Source: Bacilli bacterium (GTDB lineage: Bacteria; Bacillota_I; Bacilli_A; RFN20; CAG-826). From it: a stretch of 60,574 nucleotides of DNA. The translations under genes and the position numbers were made by a program. Location: assembly GCA_017626815.1 (NCBI GenBank), contig JAGAHY010000063.1, forward strand, positions 1 through 60,574. The letters are read 5' to 3'. The notes under the pieces were generated by a model, which worked only from the letters and a program-made list of their open reading frames with translations, had not been told where the DNA came from and made no database searches. Below are positions 21,201 through 30,034 of the stretch, piece after piece (the first letter of the stretch is position 1; every line of letters begins with the position of its first letter).

Positions 21201-21379
21201 ATGTGCTGTTTCTTGAAGCAATTGAAAATGTCGCAGGATATCCGCCCGGACTTGATATCGATGTCCTTGATGCCGATGAAATAATCCGTGCGTTCTTGCT
21301 TTTGGTTGACGTAGTCGATGTCCAACCATTTGTTTTCGTTGACAGCGCGGTATATAGCCTGCTTGACGCTGAGCTTCAT
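18263..21379 (-). CDS. SF1 (DNA2/NAM7-like) helicase with N-terminal WYL-like domain and C-terminal DUF2726/Vsr-like nuclease
   Basis: AVNENKWLDIDYVN...IRIEGILSA (WYL-like); QGPPGTGKT; DEAGQ; GDVNQL; HYRC; HMLQGSEK; NVAVTRAK; FDVII...FEIDGGEH...DRLK...LIRI. Confidence 0.85.
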   Translation of the reverse strand: MKLSVKQAIYRAVNENKWLDIDYVNQKQERTDYFIGIKDIDIKSGRISCDIFNCFKKQHILKKDRDIQIRIEGILSARVIEQSFYLSDASLLRRIEKDEALLSYLEAEAFDNNILGYLSDCYKMDNDPYIKDTLMLDGIDIRELKKNRSITLSDEDFELILERLFKRSRAEAEFHYRYVDMAINSFSIDINGKQYVVAYYKLNLNFATKALSVEKDVSINPSFLIEDKKVSLSSYLEMDQREFCVSYNGSDEAKQALIRMIEENFSHGEMVNTRPSIFLIERALSNNVDATFESIAELEKEGKLQTPIKAFFGRNRAIASPKKDASVVVFDKSKVNIDQMRVVYNAMVSPVTYVQGPPGTGKTETIFNVLLSAYANAKKVLICSNNNHPIDDIAARMMRSTFSRTYQGKPVSVRLPFLRLGNSQETIKAILTLREDLSRAEDYEKLKANEVSTLRSKEGALSSFSELRDLLVQFEQRIDVKERLDKLSKIETLAKNDAMAKEIQKQKAILSARLSAIPKIRNEMIGNYVISAKDSDSFHNYMFYSGVLCLKKLLSPVNEELRSIILTKDLAEASSRLNRYLKDPENLRKFLEIYPLIATTNLSSDRLATPKPHFDLCIMDEAGQCNVATSLTPVIRAKALLLVGDVNQLQPVTVIEPAVNERLRGKYAVSDDYDYMSNSILSAMQRKDENSKSILLSYHYRCGKKIAGFSNDRFYQGQLKLENATPGKLVYCDVKNIRHQTKRNSSIEEAEGIVNLIAKNHYEDVGIITPFVNQANLINDLLRAKGIEGVKAGTVHMLQGSEKSTIILSAALSPRTGSKTMDWIKNNHELINVAVTRAKERFVFVGDKEAINLLSGKENNDIKSLSDYVYSNGESIVPAITDRSFSNYSNDSESEKEFFETIAPYFNKRKQRMRVERNVPMKKAIPNLAMADLQLTGKKEFDVIIQVSEGMVKRRYRTIVAFEIDGGEHIGSKQSAKNDRLKENICANYGVKLIRIANSQVKDYQLIIALFECVVKAIPDIETGYVQGSLFELDEPSA

Positions 21380-21710
21380 GCCCTAATGATATAGCAAATG
21401 ATGCTTCTTGACGAAAGAATTAGGCTAGATGGGCCTTTTCTCCAGCCTTCATCCGCGATTTCAAGGTAAATCGAAGAACGCTTTCGGGTCCGATGGCGGG
21501 AAAACGTCGTGACCTCACCCTGGCAGGAGACTTACTTTGACAAAAAATAAGACCTAGGTTTAACGTTCTCCAATCGGCGCGGGGGTTTGCATTTCCACCA
21601 TATAGGCATGGGGATTCAGGCAAAGCGAAACACATTCTTGATTTAAGGCTTCTTCTTTCACCCTTAAGGGTGTAAGATATCGCCGTTGTGAATTAAGAAA
21701 GAGAGTAACA

Positions 21711-23957
21711 ATGAAGAAAGTGTTTGAAACCGAATTCGCCGGACGCCACCTCAGCGTCGAGTTTGGCGAAATCGCAAAACAGGCCGACGGCTCGGCCTTC
21801 GTCCGTTTCGGTGACACGGTGGTACTTGGTACCGTCTGCTGCGCCGACGAACCCAAAGAGGGTGATTTCTTCCCCCTCACCGTCAACTATGAAGAAAAAT
21901 CCTACGCGGTTGGCAAAATCCCCGGCTCCTTCCTTCGCAGGGAAGGACGTGCAGGGGAGCACGCGACCTTAAGCGCCCGCCTCATCGACCGCCCGATCCG
22001 CCCGCTTTTCGCGGAAGGCTTCCGCAACGAAGTCCAAATCGTGGCCACCGTCATGTCCGTCGACCGCGACAATACCCCGGAGATGACCGGCATGCTCGCC
22101 GCCTCCTTGGCCCTTTGCACCTCCGACATCCCCTTTGACGGACCTGTCGCCGGCGTCTATGTCGGACGCGTGGATGGCAAGCTCATCATCGATCCTTCCG
22201 AGGAAGAGCGCGAGAAATCCGACATCGACCTCGCCGTCGCCGGCACCAGCGACGCCATCATGATGGTCGAAGCCGGCGCCGCCCAAGTCCCCGAAGAGGA
22301 GATGCTCGACGCCATCATGTTCGGCCACGAGGCCATCAAGGAACTCTGCGCCTTCCAAAAGAAAATCATCGATGAAATCGGCAAACCCAAGCGTGAGATC
22401 AGCCTCTATGCGCCCGATCCCGCCATCAAAGCCGACATCGAAGGCCGCATTGGCGAGCGTCTGGTCAAGGCCATCTCCATCTTCGACAAGCTCGAAAGGC
22501 AGCATGCCATCGACGCCCTCAAGAAAGAGATCACCGACGACTATGAGAAGCGCGAATACGAAGATGAGCACGACTACAAGATGTCCATGCTCATGGTCAA
22601 CGACATCCTCGAAGGCATGGTCGCCGCGGAAGTCCGCCGCCTCATCACCGACGAGAAGATCCGCCCCGACGGCCGCAAAGTCGACGAAATCCGTCCGTTG
22701 GACTGCCAAGTCGACCTCCTTCCCCGCGCCCACGGTTCGGCTATGTTCACCCGTGGTCAGACCCAAGTCATCGGCACCACGACCTTAGGGCCTTTAAGCG
22801 ACAAGCAACTCATCGATAACCTCACCGGCGAGACCGAGCGCCGCTTCATGCACCATTACAATTTCCCACCCTATTCCGTTGGCGAAATCGGCCGCATGGG
22901 CGCCCCTGGCCGCCGCGAAATCGGACACGGCAAACTCGGCGAGCGCGCCCTTAGCTATGTCCTCCCCTCCGAAGAGGAATTCCCGTACACCATCCGCTGC
23001 GTCGCCGACGTCGTCGAATCCAACGGCTCTTCCTCCCAGGCTTCCATCTGCGCCAACTGCATGTCCCTCATGTCCGCCGGCGTCCCCATCAAGGGCATCG
23101 TCTCCGGCATCGCCATGGGCCTCATCAGCTCCGGCCCGTTAGATGGCAACCATCCCTATACCATCCTCACCGATATCCAAGGCCTCGAAGACCACTTCGG
23201 TGACATGGACTTCAAATGCGCCGGCACCGAGAAGGGCCTCACCGCCCTCCAGATGGATATCAAGATCCACGGCGTCACCCGCGAAGTCCTCGCCGAGGCC
23301 CTCGCCCAAGCCAACAAAGCCCGCGCCGAAATCCGCGAAGCCATCAAGGCCTGCATCCCTGAGCCGCGCAAGGAAGTCTCCAAATACGCGCCTAAGATGA
23401 TCACCTTCAAGATTGACCCCGCGAAGATCCGCGAAGTCATCGGCAAAGGCGGCGAGACCATCCAAGGCATGATCCGCGCCTGCGACAACGCCACCATCGA
23501 CGTCGAAGATGACGGTACCGTCACCATCTACCACCATAACCAAGAGATGATCGCCAAGGCCAAAGCGATGATCGACGAGATCACCAAAGAAGCCCAAATC
23601 GGCGAAATCTACGAGGGTCAAGTCACCCGCGTCGAGGATTATGGCGCCTTCGTCAACCTCTTCGGCGAATGCGACGGCCTCTGCCACGTCTCCAGACTCA
23701 AATGGGACTATGTCGATAACGCCAACGACATCGTCAAAGTCGGCGATACCCTCAAAGTCGTGGTCATCGGCATTGAGATGGGCAAAGTCAAAGTCTCCCA
23801 CCGCGAATTCGAAGAGAAGCCCGAAGGCTTCGTCGAGCGTCCCGAACGCCCCGAAAAGCCCCGTGGCGGCAAGCCTCATGGCGGCCATAACGACCACCGT
23901 GGCGGCGGAGACCGCAAAGGCGGTAACCGCGGCGGCGATCGCGGCGGACGTCGTTAA
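21711..23957 (+). CDS. pnp: Polyribonucleotide nucleotidyltransferase
   Basis: DFFPLTVNYEEK, RLIDRPIRP, FTRGQTQ, RREIGHG, SNGSSS, GDMDFK, KH and S1 domains, RGG tail. Confidence 0.98.
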   Translation: MKKVFETEFAGRHLSVEFGEIAKQADGSAFVRFGDTVVLGTVCCADEPKEGDFFPLTVNYEEKSYAVGKIPGSFLRREGRAGEHATLSARLIDRPIRPLFAEGFRNEVQIVATVMSVDRDNTPEMTGMLAASLALCTSDIPFDGPVAGVYVGRVDGKLIIDPSEEEREKSDIDLAVAGTSDAIMMVEAGAAQVPEEEMLDAIMFGHEAIKELCAFQKKIIDEIGKPKREISLYAPDPAIKADIEGRIGERLVKAISIFDKLERQHAIDALKKEITDDYEKREYEDEHDYKMSMLMVNDILEGMVAAEVRRLITDEKIRPDGRKVDEIRPLDCQVDLLPRAHGSAMFTRGQTQVIGTTTLGPLSDKQLIDNLTGETERRFMHHYNFPPYSVGEIGRMGAPGRREIGHGKLGERALSYVLPSEEEFPYTIRCVADVVESNGSSSQASICANCMSLMSAGVPIKGIVSGIAMGLISSGPLDGNHPYTILTDIQGLEDHFGDMDFKCAGTEKGLTALQMDIKIHGVTREVLAEALAQANKARAEIREAIKACIPEPRKEVSKYAPKMITFKIDPAKIREVIGKGGETIQGMIRACDNATIDVEDDGTVTIYHHNQEMIAKAKAMIDEITKEAQIGEIYEGQVTRVEDYGAFVNLFGECDGLCHVSRLKWDYVDNANDIVKVGDTLKVVVIGIEMGKVKVSHREFEEKPEGFVERPERPEKPRGGKPHGGHNDHRGGGDRKGGNRGGDRGGRR

Positions 23958-23973
23958 TCCCAATTCAATTATG

Positions 23974-24007
23974 AAGCCTAGGTAAGCTCGTTCTTGCCTA
24001 GGCTTTT
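23974..24007 (+). terminator. Hairpin after pnp
   Basis: AAGCCTAGGTAAG/CTTGCCTAGGCTT 13-bp stem. Confidence 0.65.
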
Positions 24008-24062
24008 CATACTCTTGATAAGCAGTAAAAATTCCTTTACTATCTTTACAAAGGAGAAAAAC

Positions 24063-24320
24063 ATGATTGAAACAACAACGATTTCATCGAAAGGACAGGT
24101 TACTATTCCTGCTTCTTTTCGGGATAAATTAGGTTTATCCGCAGGCTCAAAAGTCGCGTTTATTGATGGTGAAGACGGGAATGTTTACGTCATGAATGCG
24201 TCTATTCTTTCCTTGAAACGGCTTCAAGACATCTTTCAAAAGGTGGCTGATGAAAAGCCTTTTGAGAATGAAGAGCAAGCCATGGCGTTTGCTATCGATA
24301 CGAGAAAGGGGCGCAAATAA
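24063..24320 (+). CDS. AbrB/MazE/SpoVT family antitoxin
   Basis: ISSKGQVTIPASFRDKLGL; AAGGAG SD. Confidence 0.88.
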   Translation: MIETTTISSKGQVTIPASFRDKLGLSAGSKVAFIDGEDGNVYVMNASILSLKRLQDIFQKVADEKPFENEEQAMAFAIDTRKGRK

Positions 24321-24325
24321 GCTTC

Positions 24326-24737
24326 ATGCGTGTCTTATTCGATACCAATGTATTGTTTTCTGCGCTAGTTTTCCCTTCCGGCCTTTGCCATAAAGCGCTT
24401 TCGACGGCTATTCTTCTCGGCGACGAAATCGTTATCCCTGACTACGTTAAGGAAGAACTGGTCGAAACCATTGAACGGAAGTTCCCGAATAAGATACCCG
24501 ATATTTTGCCTTTTTTAGAAACGATTAGCCATGTCTCGTTTTCGTCGAAAACGGTTTTTACCGAAAGGAATGCCTAAACTAAGAGATGAGAAAGATCAGC
24601 CGGTGCTCGCTGCCGCGATCATGACAGGCTGCGATTTCATTCTTACTGGCGATCGCGATTTTCTTGAATCGGGGATAAGCCGCCCACAACCAATTCACCC
24701 AAAAGATTATCTTGAGATTCTCTTGTTACGGTTCTAG
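24326..24737 (+). pseudogene. PIN-domain (VapC-like) toxin split by a +1 frameshift near 24555-24559
   Basis: N-half MRVLFDTNVLFSAL in one frame; C-half LRDEKDQPVLAAA...ILTGDRDFL in the next; junction at a T5 tract. Confidence 0.8.
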
Positions 24738-24814
24738 GGAAAGAATTCAAGACTCGACAGCCGCGTCAAGAAAAGCCGCGCCAATTCCGGCGCGGCAAGT
24801 CGATGGGGGCAGCG

Positions 24815-25909
24815 TTAGATCTTTAAATCCCTGAGGATGTTCCTTAAGGTATCGTCCTCGAGAAGCTTAGCGATGTCCGCCTCGTTATCGATGACGTAGT
24901 TTTTGAGGTGGTGGTGGAGGGCGTAATAGAGGTCGTTCTCGAATTCGCCGTTTTTGACGTAATCCCCATCTTCATAGCCTTCGCATTCCTCTTGCAGCAA
25001 GGCGATGACGAAACGCCGGAAGTAGGCTAGCAGCGCCTTCTCGATCCAGACGTCCATCTCCTTCGCGAAACCTTCCTTCTTTAATAAGGATATATATAGG
25101 GGGAGGCCGTCCTTCGCGTCATGGTGAAGGTCGGCGAAGGCGTAGTCGAAAGGATTCAGGGGCTGATGCTTTAAGGCATCGTCGATGCGGATGATGGTGA
25201 CTTTCTCCGGATGGGGGAATAAGGGCAAAAAAGTGGACATAAACAAATCGATGACTTCCTGATCGCGTTCAAGGACGGTGACGGAGTTGACCTCCTCCTT
25301 ATTCGCGGCCATGAACGTGAAGTAGCCCATGCCCAAGCCTAAAGTCACGACGTTGCCATGGGCTTTCTCAATGGGCCCCGCCATGGTATTGATCTCGTGG
25401 GGGATGAGGGACATGTAGACCGTGTCGCCTTTGCTTAAGGCGGGGAAGGGGAATTTCTCCTTGAAGAAGCCCACCGGGGAATAGGAGTTCTTCGCCGCGT
25501 CAAGGATGGGGCGCACCTCGTCATAGACGAAAAGTTCATAAGGTTCATAGGACTTCATCTCCAAGGTCCAATCGCCGATTTTCTTGTTCTTGAATGTTTC
25601 CTTGCATATGGCCTTGTAGTAGGGGTCATCACGATAATCCTGGACCCAAAGGCATTTGATTTCGTCAAAGCCATAGCCGACTTGCACCTCGGCGAAGGCT
25701 TCCTTTTCCTCTTGGCTAAGCAAGGGGATGACGGCTTTGCGGAAGGACAAACTAGGTTCCATGCCTTTCTCGATGAAAAGCTTGGCTTCCGCGCGCTTTT
25801 CCTTGGTGAGCTGGAAGAAATGGGTGTTGAGAATATAATCGGCGTTTTCGCCGCTTTCCTCTTCGAAGAAGACTTCGTCGAGGAGCTCCATATTGACGTT
25901 GAGTTTCAT
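24815..25909 (-). CDS. Class I SAM-dependent methyltransferase-like protein (spermidine-synthase-like fold)
   Basis: VVTLGLGMGY motif I, VTVLERD, FADL; start re-placed after GGAGG SD. Confidence 0.65.
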   Translation of the reverse strand: MKLNVNMELLDEVFFEEESGENADYILNTHFFQLTKEKRAEAKLFIEKGMEPSLSFRKAVIPLLSQEEKEAFAEVQVGYGFDEIKCLWVQDYRDDPYYKAICKETFKNKKIGDWTLEMKSYEPYELFVYDEVRPILDAAKNSYSPVGFFKEKFPFPALSKGDTVYMSLIPHEINTMAGPIEKAHGNVVTLGLGMGYFTFMAANKEEVNSVTVLERDQEVIDLFMSTFLPLFPHPEKVTIIRIDDALKHQPLNPFDYAFADLHHDAKDGLPLYISLLKKEGFAKEMDVWIEKALLAYFRRFVIALLQEECEGYEDGDYVKNGEFENDLYYALHHHLKNYVIDNEADIAKLLEDDTLRNILRDLKI

Positions 25910-26090
25910 GGGTGAGAACCTCCTTGCCTTAAAGGTAGCATAAACGGAAGGCGAAATGTTGCTTTTTGGGAAAACTTTCGTAAAAAACCCGTGCCTTTTC
26001 GCGGCCCTCAAGAAAAACCTCTTTTCTTTAAGAAATAATCCCTCTCATCGCTTTATAAACCTCAGCCAGAAGACTATAATTGAGCCACAT

Positions 26091-27518
26091 ATGGAAGACA
26101 TCATCATTATTGGTGGGGGAGCCGTCGGCGCTTTTATCGCCCGAAATCTCTCCCGTTACGACTGCGACGTCCTCGTAATCGAAAAAGAAAACGACGTCGG
26201 CGATGCGACTTCAATGGCCAATAGCGCCATCGTCCATAGCGGGTATGATCCCGTCCCAGGCACCAAGAAGGCCCGTTTTAATGTCGAAGGGAACCGCATG
26301 TTCCCTCTCCTTTCCGAGGAACTTGACGTCGAATTCGAGCCCTGTGGCTCTTTGACGTTGGCCACGGAGGAAAGCCAGTTGCCCATGCTTGAGGAACTAT
26401 ATAAGCGCGGGCAGGAAAACGGCGTCCCCGTGGAAATCCTCACCCCCGAGCAAGTCTTGGCCTTGGAGCCGAACGTCACCAAGGACGTCAAAGGGGCGCT
26501 TCGTTGCCCAACCGCGGGCATCATCAACCCCTTCACTTTAGTGGCCCATGCTTTTGAAAACGCCATCGATAACGGCGTGAAACTCCATTTAGGAGAAGAA
26601 GTGAAGGACATCCATAACCTTGGCGACCGCTTTGAGGTCATCACCTCCAAAGGCGCCTATCAAGCCAAGATGGTCATCAACGCCGCCGGCGTCGCCAGCG
26701 AGCAGATCGCGAAGATGATCGAGGATGTCCCTTGGTCCATCCACGCCCGCAAAGGCGAGTATTTCGTGCTGGACCATTTCGCGCCGAATTTCGTCAACCA
26801 TGTCCTCTTCCCCCTCCCCAGCGAGAAAGGCAAAGGCGTGCTTGTGACCCATACCACCTCGGGCAATTATTTAGTCGGCCCCAGCTCCGAATGGGTAGAC
26901 GACAAAGACGATACCTCCACCGATTCGCCGACGTTAGAAGCCGTCCGCGCCTCGGCCCTAACCATGGTCCCCAATATTCCGTTCCGGCAGCAAATCCGCA
27001 CCTTCGCGGGACTTCGTTCCACGCCCTCGACGCACGACTTCATCATCGAGCCCTCGAAAGCGGCCCCGAACTTCATCAACGTCGCCGGCATCGAATCCCC
27101 GGGGCTAGTCTCCTCGCCCGCCATCGGCAAATACGTGGCCGAGGAACTTGTGGCCCCCAAGCTAGGCCTCAAAGAGAAGGCTAACTATAACCCCAGAGTC
27201 CGCAAATACGTCTGTGTCCACAAACTTTCCCAAGAAGGCAAGGAGCGTCTTGTCGCGGAAAACCCGCACTTTGGCGAGATGATCTGCAACTGCGAGAAGA
27301 TTTCCCTCGGCGAGATCGAGGATGTCTTGTCCCGTTCTCTCCCCGCCCTCACCATCAAAGCCATCAAGAAACGCACCAGGGCCGGCTTTGGCAAATGCCA
27401 AGGTGGCTTTTGCCAGCCCAAAGTCCTCTTCCTTTTGGCGAAGAAACTTGGCGTCTCGCCCATGGAGGTCCTCTACGACCGCGAGGGCAGCGAAATCTTA
27501 GATAAGGAGAGCAAATAA
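26091..27518 (+). CDS. FAD-dependent oxidoreductase with C-terminal BFD-like [2Fe-2S] domain (GlpA/LhgO-like, probable glycerol-3-phosphate dehydrogenase)
   Basis: IIGGGAVG, SMANSAIVHSG, GIESPGL, CNCE...RTRAGFGKCQGGFC. Confidence 0.85.
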   Translation: MEDIIIIGGGAVGAFIARNLSRYDCDVLVIEKENDVGDATSMANSAIVHSGYDPVPGTKKARFNVEGNRMFPLLSEELDVEFEPCGSLTLATEESQLPMLEELYKRGQENGVPVEILTPEQVLALEPNVTKDVKGALRCPTAGIINPFTLVAHAFENAIDNGVKLHLGEEVKDIHNLGDRFEVITSKGAYQAKMVINAAGVASEQIAKMIEDVPWSIHARKGEYFVLDHFAPNFVNHVLFPLPSEKGKGVLVTHTTSGNYLVGPSSEWVDDKDDTSTDSPTLEAVRASALTMVPNIPFRQQIRTFAGLRSTPSTHDFIIEPSKAAPNFINVAGIESPGLVSSPAIGKYVAEELVAPKLGLKEKANYNPRVRKYVCVHKLSQEGKERLVAENPHFGEMICNCEKISLGEIEDVLSRSLPALTIKAIKKRTRAGFGKCQGGFCQPKVLFLLAKKLGVSPMEVLYDREGSEILDKESK

Positions 27519-28774
27519 TGGAAACGCGCGAACTCGTCATCATCGGCGGCGGCAGCGCCGGCATGGCCGCGGCCATTAGCGCCTACGACCAAGGCATCCG
27601 CGACATCCTTATCTTGGAGCGCGGCCCATTCCTCGGCGGCATCTTGAACCAATGCATCCATAATGGCTTCGGGCTCACCTATTTCAAAGAGGAGCTTACC
27701 GGGCCCGAATTCCTCACCCGTTTTGTCAACGAAACCAAGAAGCGGGGCATCGAATACAAACTCAATTGCAACGTAACCTCCCTTAGCCGCGACAAAGTCG
27801 TGTCCTATATTTCCCAAGAGGGGGCGAAGCAAATCCAGGCCAAAGCCATCATCATGGCCACGGGCTGCTACGAACGTAACGCCGGCGCCATCGGCATCCC
27901 CGGCGAGCGCCCCGCGGGCGTCATCACCGCCGGCCAAGCCCAGCTTTACCTCAACGAATACGGCTACCTCGTGGGCAAGAAAGTATTCATCTTAGGCTCG
28001 GGCGACATCGGCTTGATTATGGCCAGGCGCATGACCTTAGAAGGCGCCAAAGTCTTAGGCGTGGCCGAAATCATGCCTTATTCCAACGGCCTAAACCGCA
28101 ACATCCAGCAATGCCTCATCGACTTCGATATCCCTCTTTACCTCAGCCACACCGTCTCCAAAATCATCGGCAAAGGCAAACTCGAGGCCATCGAAATCTC
28201 CAAAGTCGACGAGAAAATGCGTCCCATCCCAGGCACCGAGAGACGTTTTGAATGCGATACCTTGATGCTTTCCATCGGCCTCATCCCCAATAATGATCTG
28301 CTCGATAACATCGGCGTTTCCGTCTCTTCCACCCGCGGCTCCAAAGTCAACGAGCACATGGAGACGGAGATCCCGGGCGTCTTCTCTTGCGGCAACGTCC
28401 TCCACGTCCATGACCTCGTCGACTATGTCGTCGAGGAAGGCAAAGTGGCGGGGCTTGGCGCCGCCAAATACCTCCAAGGCCAGCTCCCCACCCACGAAAA
28501 CGTCCTATACACCAAAGCGGGGGAGGGGATTGGCTATGTCGTTCCTTCCTGCATCGACCTCGCCAATGCCGAAGATAAAGTCCAACTCAAATTCCGCGTC
28601 CGCAAGCCGCGCAAAGACGTCTACGTCGAGTATCGCCTCGGGGATAAAGTGCTCCGCCGCATGCTCAAACCCGCGATCATCCCCAGCGAGATGGAAATCA
28701 TCTCCCTGGACAAGAAATTGCTTGAAGGAGAAGGGGAACTCACCGTCTCCCTCGTCGAAAAGGAGGCAAAATAA
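27518..28774 (+). CDS. Pyridine nucleotide-disulfide family FAD/NAD(P) oxidoreductase
   Basis: IIGGGSAG, GGILNQCIHNGFG, ATGCYER, GSGDIG, CGNVLHVHDLVD. Confidence 0.85.
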   Translation: METRELVIIGGGSAGMAAAISAYDQGIRDILILERGPFLGGILNQCIHNGFGLTYFKEELTGPEFLTRFVNETKKRGIEYKLNCNVTSLSRDKVVSYISQEGAKQIQAKAIIMATGCYERNAGAIGIPGERPAGVITAGQAQLYLNEYGYLVGKKVFILGSGDIGLIMARRMTLEGAKVLGVAEIMPYSNGLNRNIQQCLIDFDIPLYLSHTVSKIIGKGKLEAIEISKVDEKMRPIPGTERRFECDTLMLSIGLIPNNDLLDNIGVSVSSTRGSKVNEHMETEIPGVFSCGNVLHVHDLVDYVVEEGKVAGLGAAKYLQGQLPTHENVLYTKAGEGIGYVVPSCIDLANAEDKVQLKFRVRKPRKDVYVEYRLGDKVLRRMLKPAIIPSEMEIISLDKKLLEGEGELTVSLVEKEAK

Positions 28775-28776
28775 CC

Positions 28777-29124
28777 ATGGCCACCTCATTAACCTGCATC
28801 ATCTGCCCCCGCGGCTGTCATCTTACCGTGGACGATAATCTCAACGTCAGCGGCAATTTCTGCCCCCGCGGAGCATCCTACGCCAAGCAAGAGCTCCTCG
28901 ACCCGCGGCGCACCCTCACCACGACCGTCCGCTGCAAGTCCAAACTGCTCGAAGTCTGCCCCGTCAAGACCAACGGAGCCATCCCTAAGGGCATGCTCCT
29001 AGAGGCCATGGCGGAAGTCAACAAGCTGAACATCCTCCCGCCCGTCCATATCGGGGACGTCCTCATCAAGGACTTACTCGGCACCGGCATCGACCTCGTC
29101 GCCACCCGCGACATCGACGAATAA
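28777..29124 (+). CDS. DUF1667 small Cys-rich (Fe-S) protein
   Basis: CIICPRGC...GNFCPRG...P.RTLTTTV; usual third gene of this operon type. Confidence 0.85.
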   Translation: MATSLTCIICPRGCHLTVDDNLNVSGNFCPRGASYAKQELLDPRRTLTTTVRCKSKLLEVCPVKTNGAIPKGMLLEAMAEVNKLNILPPVHIGDVLIKDLLGTGIDLVATRDIDE

Positions 29125-29130
29125 CTTTCC

Positions 29131-29166
29131 ATCCTGGTTCCCCGGAAAGAGCCAGGATTTTTCTTT
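29131..29166 (+). terminator. Intrinsic terminator
   Basis: ATCCTGGTTC/GAGCCAGGAT stem plus T run. Confidence 0.75.
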
Positions 29167-29380
29167 GGAAACTCCTACGAAATCGGAGGCTTTTTCGGTT
29201 TCTTGTATCGATACTTAGATATCGGCGACGATCCTTTGGGGCGTCCCTAAGCATCAAGATTAAGCCTTGGCTGCCCCCTGTTTTCAAAAACTGAATCCGC
29301 TTCCCTAAGTGCAGCCGGTTTCCACCTCAAAACCGTCTCGTTTTCCGTGGCGGCAAAAGGCATTTTCATGCGCCTGAAAT

Positions 29381-29394
29381 TTGAAGCGTTTTCA
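29381..29394. promoter_or_regulatory. cre/LacI-type operator candidate
   Basis: Reverse complement reads TGAAAACGCTTCAA. Confidence 0.35.
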
Positions 29395-29475
29395 TGTGTG
29401 AAAAATGGCCCTAACGTCTTTAATAAAACGTTGTTTTACGTTACAATTTTGCTAAGCACCAAAGAGGTATCATTT

Positions 29476-30018
29476 TTGCGTATCATTCTAGCCAGCGACA
29501 TCCATGGACGACTTCTCGCCGCCAAGCGGTTTGAGCAGATCGTCAACAGCCTGAAGCCCGAACGGGTCGTTTTGCTTGGCGACTATCTCTATAACGGGCC
29601 AAGAAACGGCGTCCCCTCGGACTACGACCCGATGGCCACTTGCTCCATCCTCAACCGCATGGCGCGCAAAGTCATCGGCATCCGCGGCAACTGCGATTCC
29701 CGCATCGACGAGACGTTGCTCCGCTTCCCCATCACCGACGCGAAAGTCGTCTACCTCAATGGCTTCCGCTGCGACCTCATCCATGGCGACCTCACCACCA
29801 GCGACCTCATCTCGGTCGAACGCGGGGACGTCGTGATGTATGGCCACACGCACCTACCCTTGCTCCACAAGGCCGACGGCGTCACCTATATCAACCCCGG
29901 ATCCATCTCCTTCCCCAAAGGCGGCAACCCCGCCACCTACGGGATCATGGATGGGGGCCACGTCGAGATCCGCAAACTCGACGATGACGTCGCCATCCTC
30001 TCCATGGACATCATTTGA
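29476..30018 (+). CDS. YfcE-family metallophosphodiesterase
   Basis: SDIHG, LGDYLYNGPRN, RGNCD, HG, GHTH, NPGS; TTG start after AGAGG SD. Confidence 0.88.
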   Translation: MRIILASDIHGRLLAAKRFEQIVNSLKPERVVLLGDYLYNGPRNGVPSDYDPMATCSILNRMARKVIGIRGNCDSRIDETLLRFPITDAKVVYLNGFRCDLIHGDLTTSDLISVERGDVVMYGHTHLPLLHKADGVTYINPGSISFPKGGNPATYGIMDGGHVEIRKLDDDVAILSMDII

Positions 30019-30034
30019 AAAGGATAAGCACGAT

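Noticed and set aside
21380-21710. Long intergenic regions (also 18040-18260, 29170-29470, 56800-57035) as ncRNA genes
   Set aside because: No recognisable tRNA, riboswitch or other RNA family signature by eye; an Infernal/Rfam scan would be needed.
21969-23963. Long antisense ORFs (265 and 274 aa) over pnp, and similar ones over typA, pulA, alaS and ftsK
   Set aside because: These are shadow ORFs expected from strong codon bias in the sense genes; they have no motifs or start signals.
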